NCBI GenBank assembly: GCA_938084065.1
Contig: CALKDI010000311.1
Location: 1-58,277 of the forward strand
DNA length: 58,277 bases
Direction: 5' to 3'
Origin: an uncultured Alphaproteobacteria bacterium
GTDB taxonomy: Bacteria; Pseudomonadota; Alphaproteobacteria; Bin95
Below are positions 57,770 to 58,277 of the stretch, piece by piece (the first letter of the stretch is position 1; each line of letters starts with the position of its first letter). The notes under the pieces are model-generated. The model was not told the origin of the DNA. It saw nothing but the letters and a program-made list of their open reading frames with translations, and ran no database searches. The translations under genes were made by a program, and so were the position numbers.

Positions 57770-57799
57770 TTGACCTACTATTGATTAGTACGCTATTAA
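57770..57799 (+). promoter_or_regulatory. Candidate marR promoter with an embedded palindromic operator
   Basis: TTGACC (57770-57775), an 18-nt spacer, then TATTAA (57794-57799). The spacer begins with the palindrome TACTA-TTGAT-TAGTA (57776-57790). AT-rich island. Confidence 0.4.
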
Positions 57800-57806
57800 A
57801 TAGGGG

Positions 57807-58253
57807 ATGCAGCAATATACAATAGGCAGACAAATTGCAGTCGTAGCAAGACTTTGGCGTGGTGAGTTGGATCGCCGCCTACAGCCCTGCGGCCTGAGTC
57901 AGGCACGGTTTGTGCTTTTGACCCTGTTGTCGGAAGCCTCTGGCCCGTTAGCCCAGAACGATTTGGCGGAGCGTGCCGGCATCGCCGGACCAACGCTGGT
58001 ACGGCAACTGGATCAATTGGAAGCAGCCGGCCTGGTGGAACGTCGTGACGCGCCGGATGATCGCCGGGTTAAGCATGTCCGCATCACCCCAAACGGCAGA
58101 GACGCCCACGGGACGGCCGACACATTGGCGGTCGGCCTACGCGATGAATTGACCACCGGCTTATCTCAAGTCGAGGTGACCGAATTGCATACCACATTGG
58201 TGACGCTATTGCGGCGTTTGGATGAAATTCGCATATCAGATAGCGCAAAATGA
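57807..58253 (+). CDS. MarR-family transcriptional regulator
   Basis: Winged-helix pattern L.P.GLS.ARF.LL..L.......Q..LA...GI.GPTL.R.LD.LE..GLVER..D..DRR. Confidence 0.88.
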   Translation: MQQYTIGRQIAVVARLWRGELDRRLQPCGLSQARFVLLTLLSEASGPLAQNDLAERAGIAGPTLVRQLDQLEAAGLVERRDAPDDRRVKHVRITPNGRDAHGTADTLAVGLRDELTTGLSQVEVTELHTTLVTLLRRLDEIRISDSAK

Positions 58254-58277
58254 CTGAAACAACACCCGCCCCCGAAC
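58250..58277 (+). CDS. Start of a downstream gene (partial, runs off the right edge)
   Basis: The ATG at 58250 overlaps the marR TGA (ATGA) and reads MTETTPAPE. Too short to identify. Confidence 0.2.

Noticed and set aside
56898-57833. Upstream two-thirds of the 445-aa minus-strand ORF, plus 56190-56954 of the 514-aa plus-strand ORF
   Set aside because: Each is antisense to a well-supported gene (the SDR and the MFS/PcaC-like genes respectively). Only the C-terminal parts carry family motifs.
1-58277. Genome-wide stop-codon reassignment as an explanation for the in-frame TAG (fliJ-like), the TAA (gatA-gatB spacer ORF) and the TGA before the RTX remnant
   Set aside because: TGA, TAG and TAA each terminate many conserved genes here at their expected lengths (for example pyrB TGA, trkH TAG, rpmG TAA). 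The standard code applies and these are local events.
1-58277. Mobile element, prophage, genomic island or defence-system content
   Set aside because: I saw no integrase, transposase, recombinase, tRNA attachment site, terminal inverted repeats or recognisable defence genes. parDE and the single repeat arm are the only accessory-like items.

Overview
Densely coding, visibly GC-rich chromosomal segment with alphaproteobacterial-type gene content and order. I call about 60 protein genes and find no rRNA, tRNA, CRISPR array, transposase or integrase. Left to right: an RTX-like gene remnant; trkH, apaG, metZ, gatC-gatA-gatB; ruvX and an AEC-family transporter; a parDE toxin-antitoxin cassette just upstream of pyrB and a degenerate dihydroorotase-like pyrC'; plsY, dprA, topA, rnr, an S41 lipoprotein peptidase and rpmG (55 aa, absent from the ORF track). 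A tight seven-gene minus-strand string follows (gloB, DUF985 cupin, VOC, two Dpp/Opp-type ABC permeases with no ATPase or binding protein, an MscS/MscK-type channel, a CpdA-like phosphoesterase). Next comes a flagellar type III export and proximal-rod sub-cluster (fliI; flgB-flgC-fliE-fliQ-SLT transglycosylase-flhA-fliR-flhB-fliJ-like). The remainder holds metabolic genes (LLM oxidoreductase, TTC38-like TPR protein, crotonase, TauD, PanE-like reductase; SDR, acyl-CoA synthetase, MDR dehydrogenase), a carD-fdxA-S4-Suv3-like helicase block, a pmbA-DUF374-waaA-lpxK-lpxL Kdo/lipid A operon, an MFS transporter, a PcaC-like decarboxylase, an SDR and marR. I did not find a convincing new multi-gene defence or mobile system. 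The observations most worth a second look are: (1) a FliJ-like gene split by an in-frame amber codon; (2) a highly structured metZ leader with a perfect Shine-Dalgarno (SD)-sequestering helix; (3) the gloB-to-phosphoesterase string with its orphan permease pair translationally coupled to an MscS-type channel; (4) a pyrC' paralog lacking the HxH metal ligands; (5) a parDE insertion whose toxin lacks a canonical start codon; (6) a 412-bp insertion-like spacer inside the gatCAB operon. All calls rest on reading translations and motifs by eye; no database search was possible.
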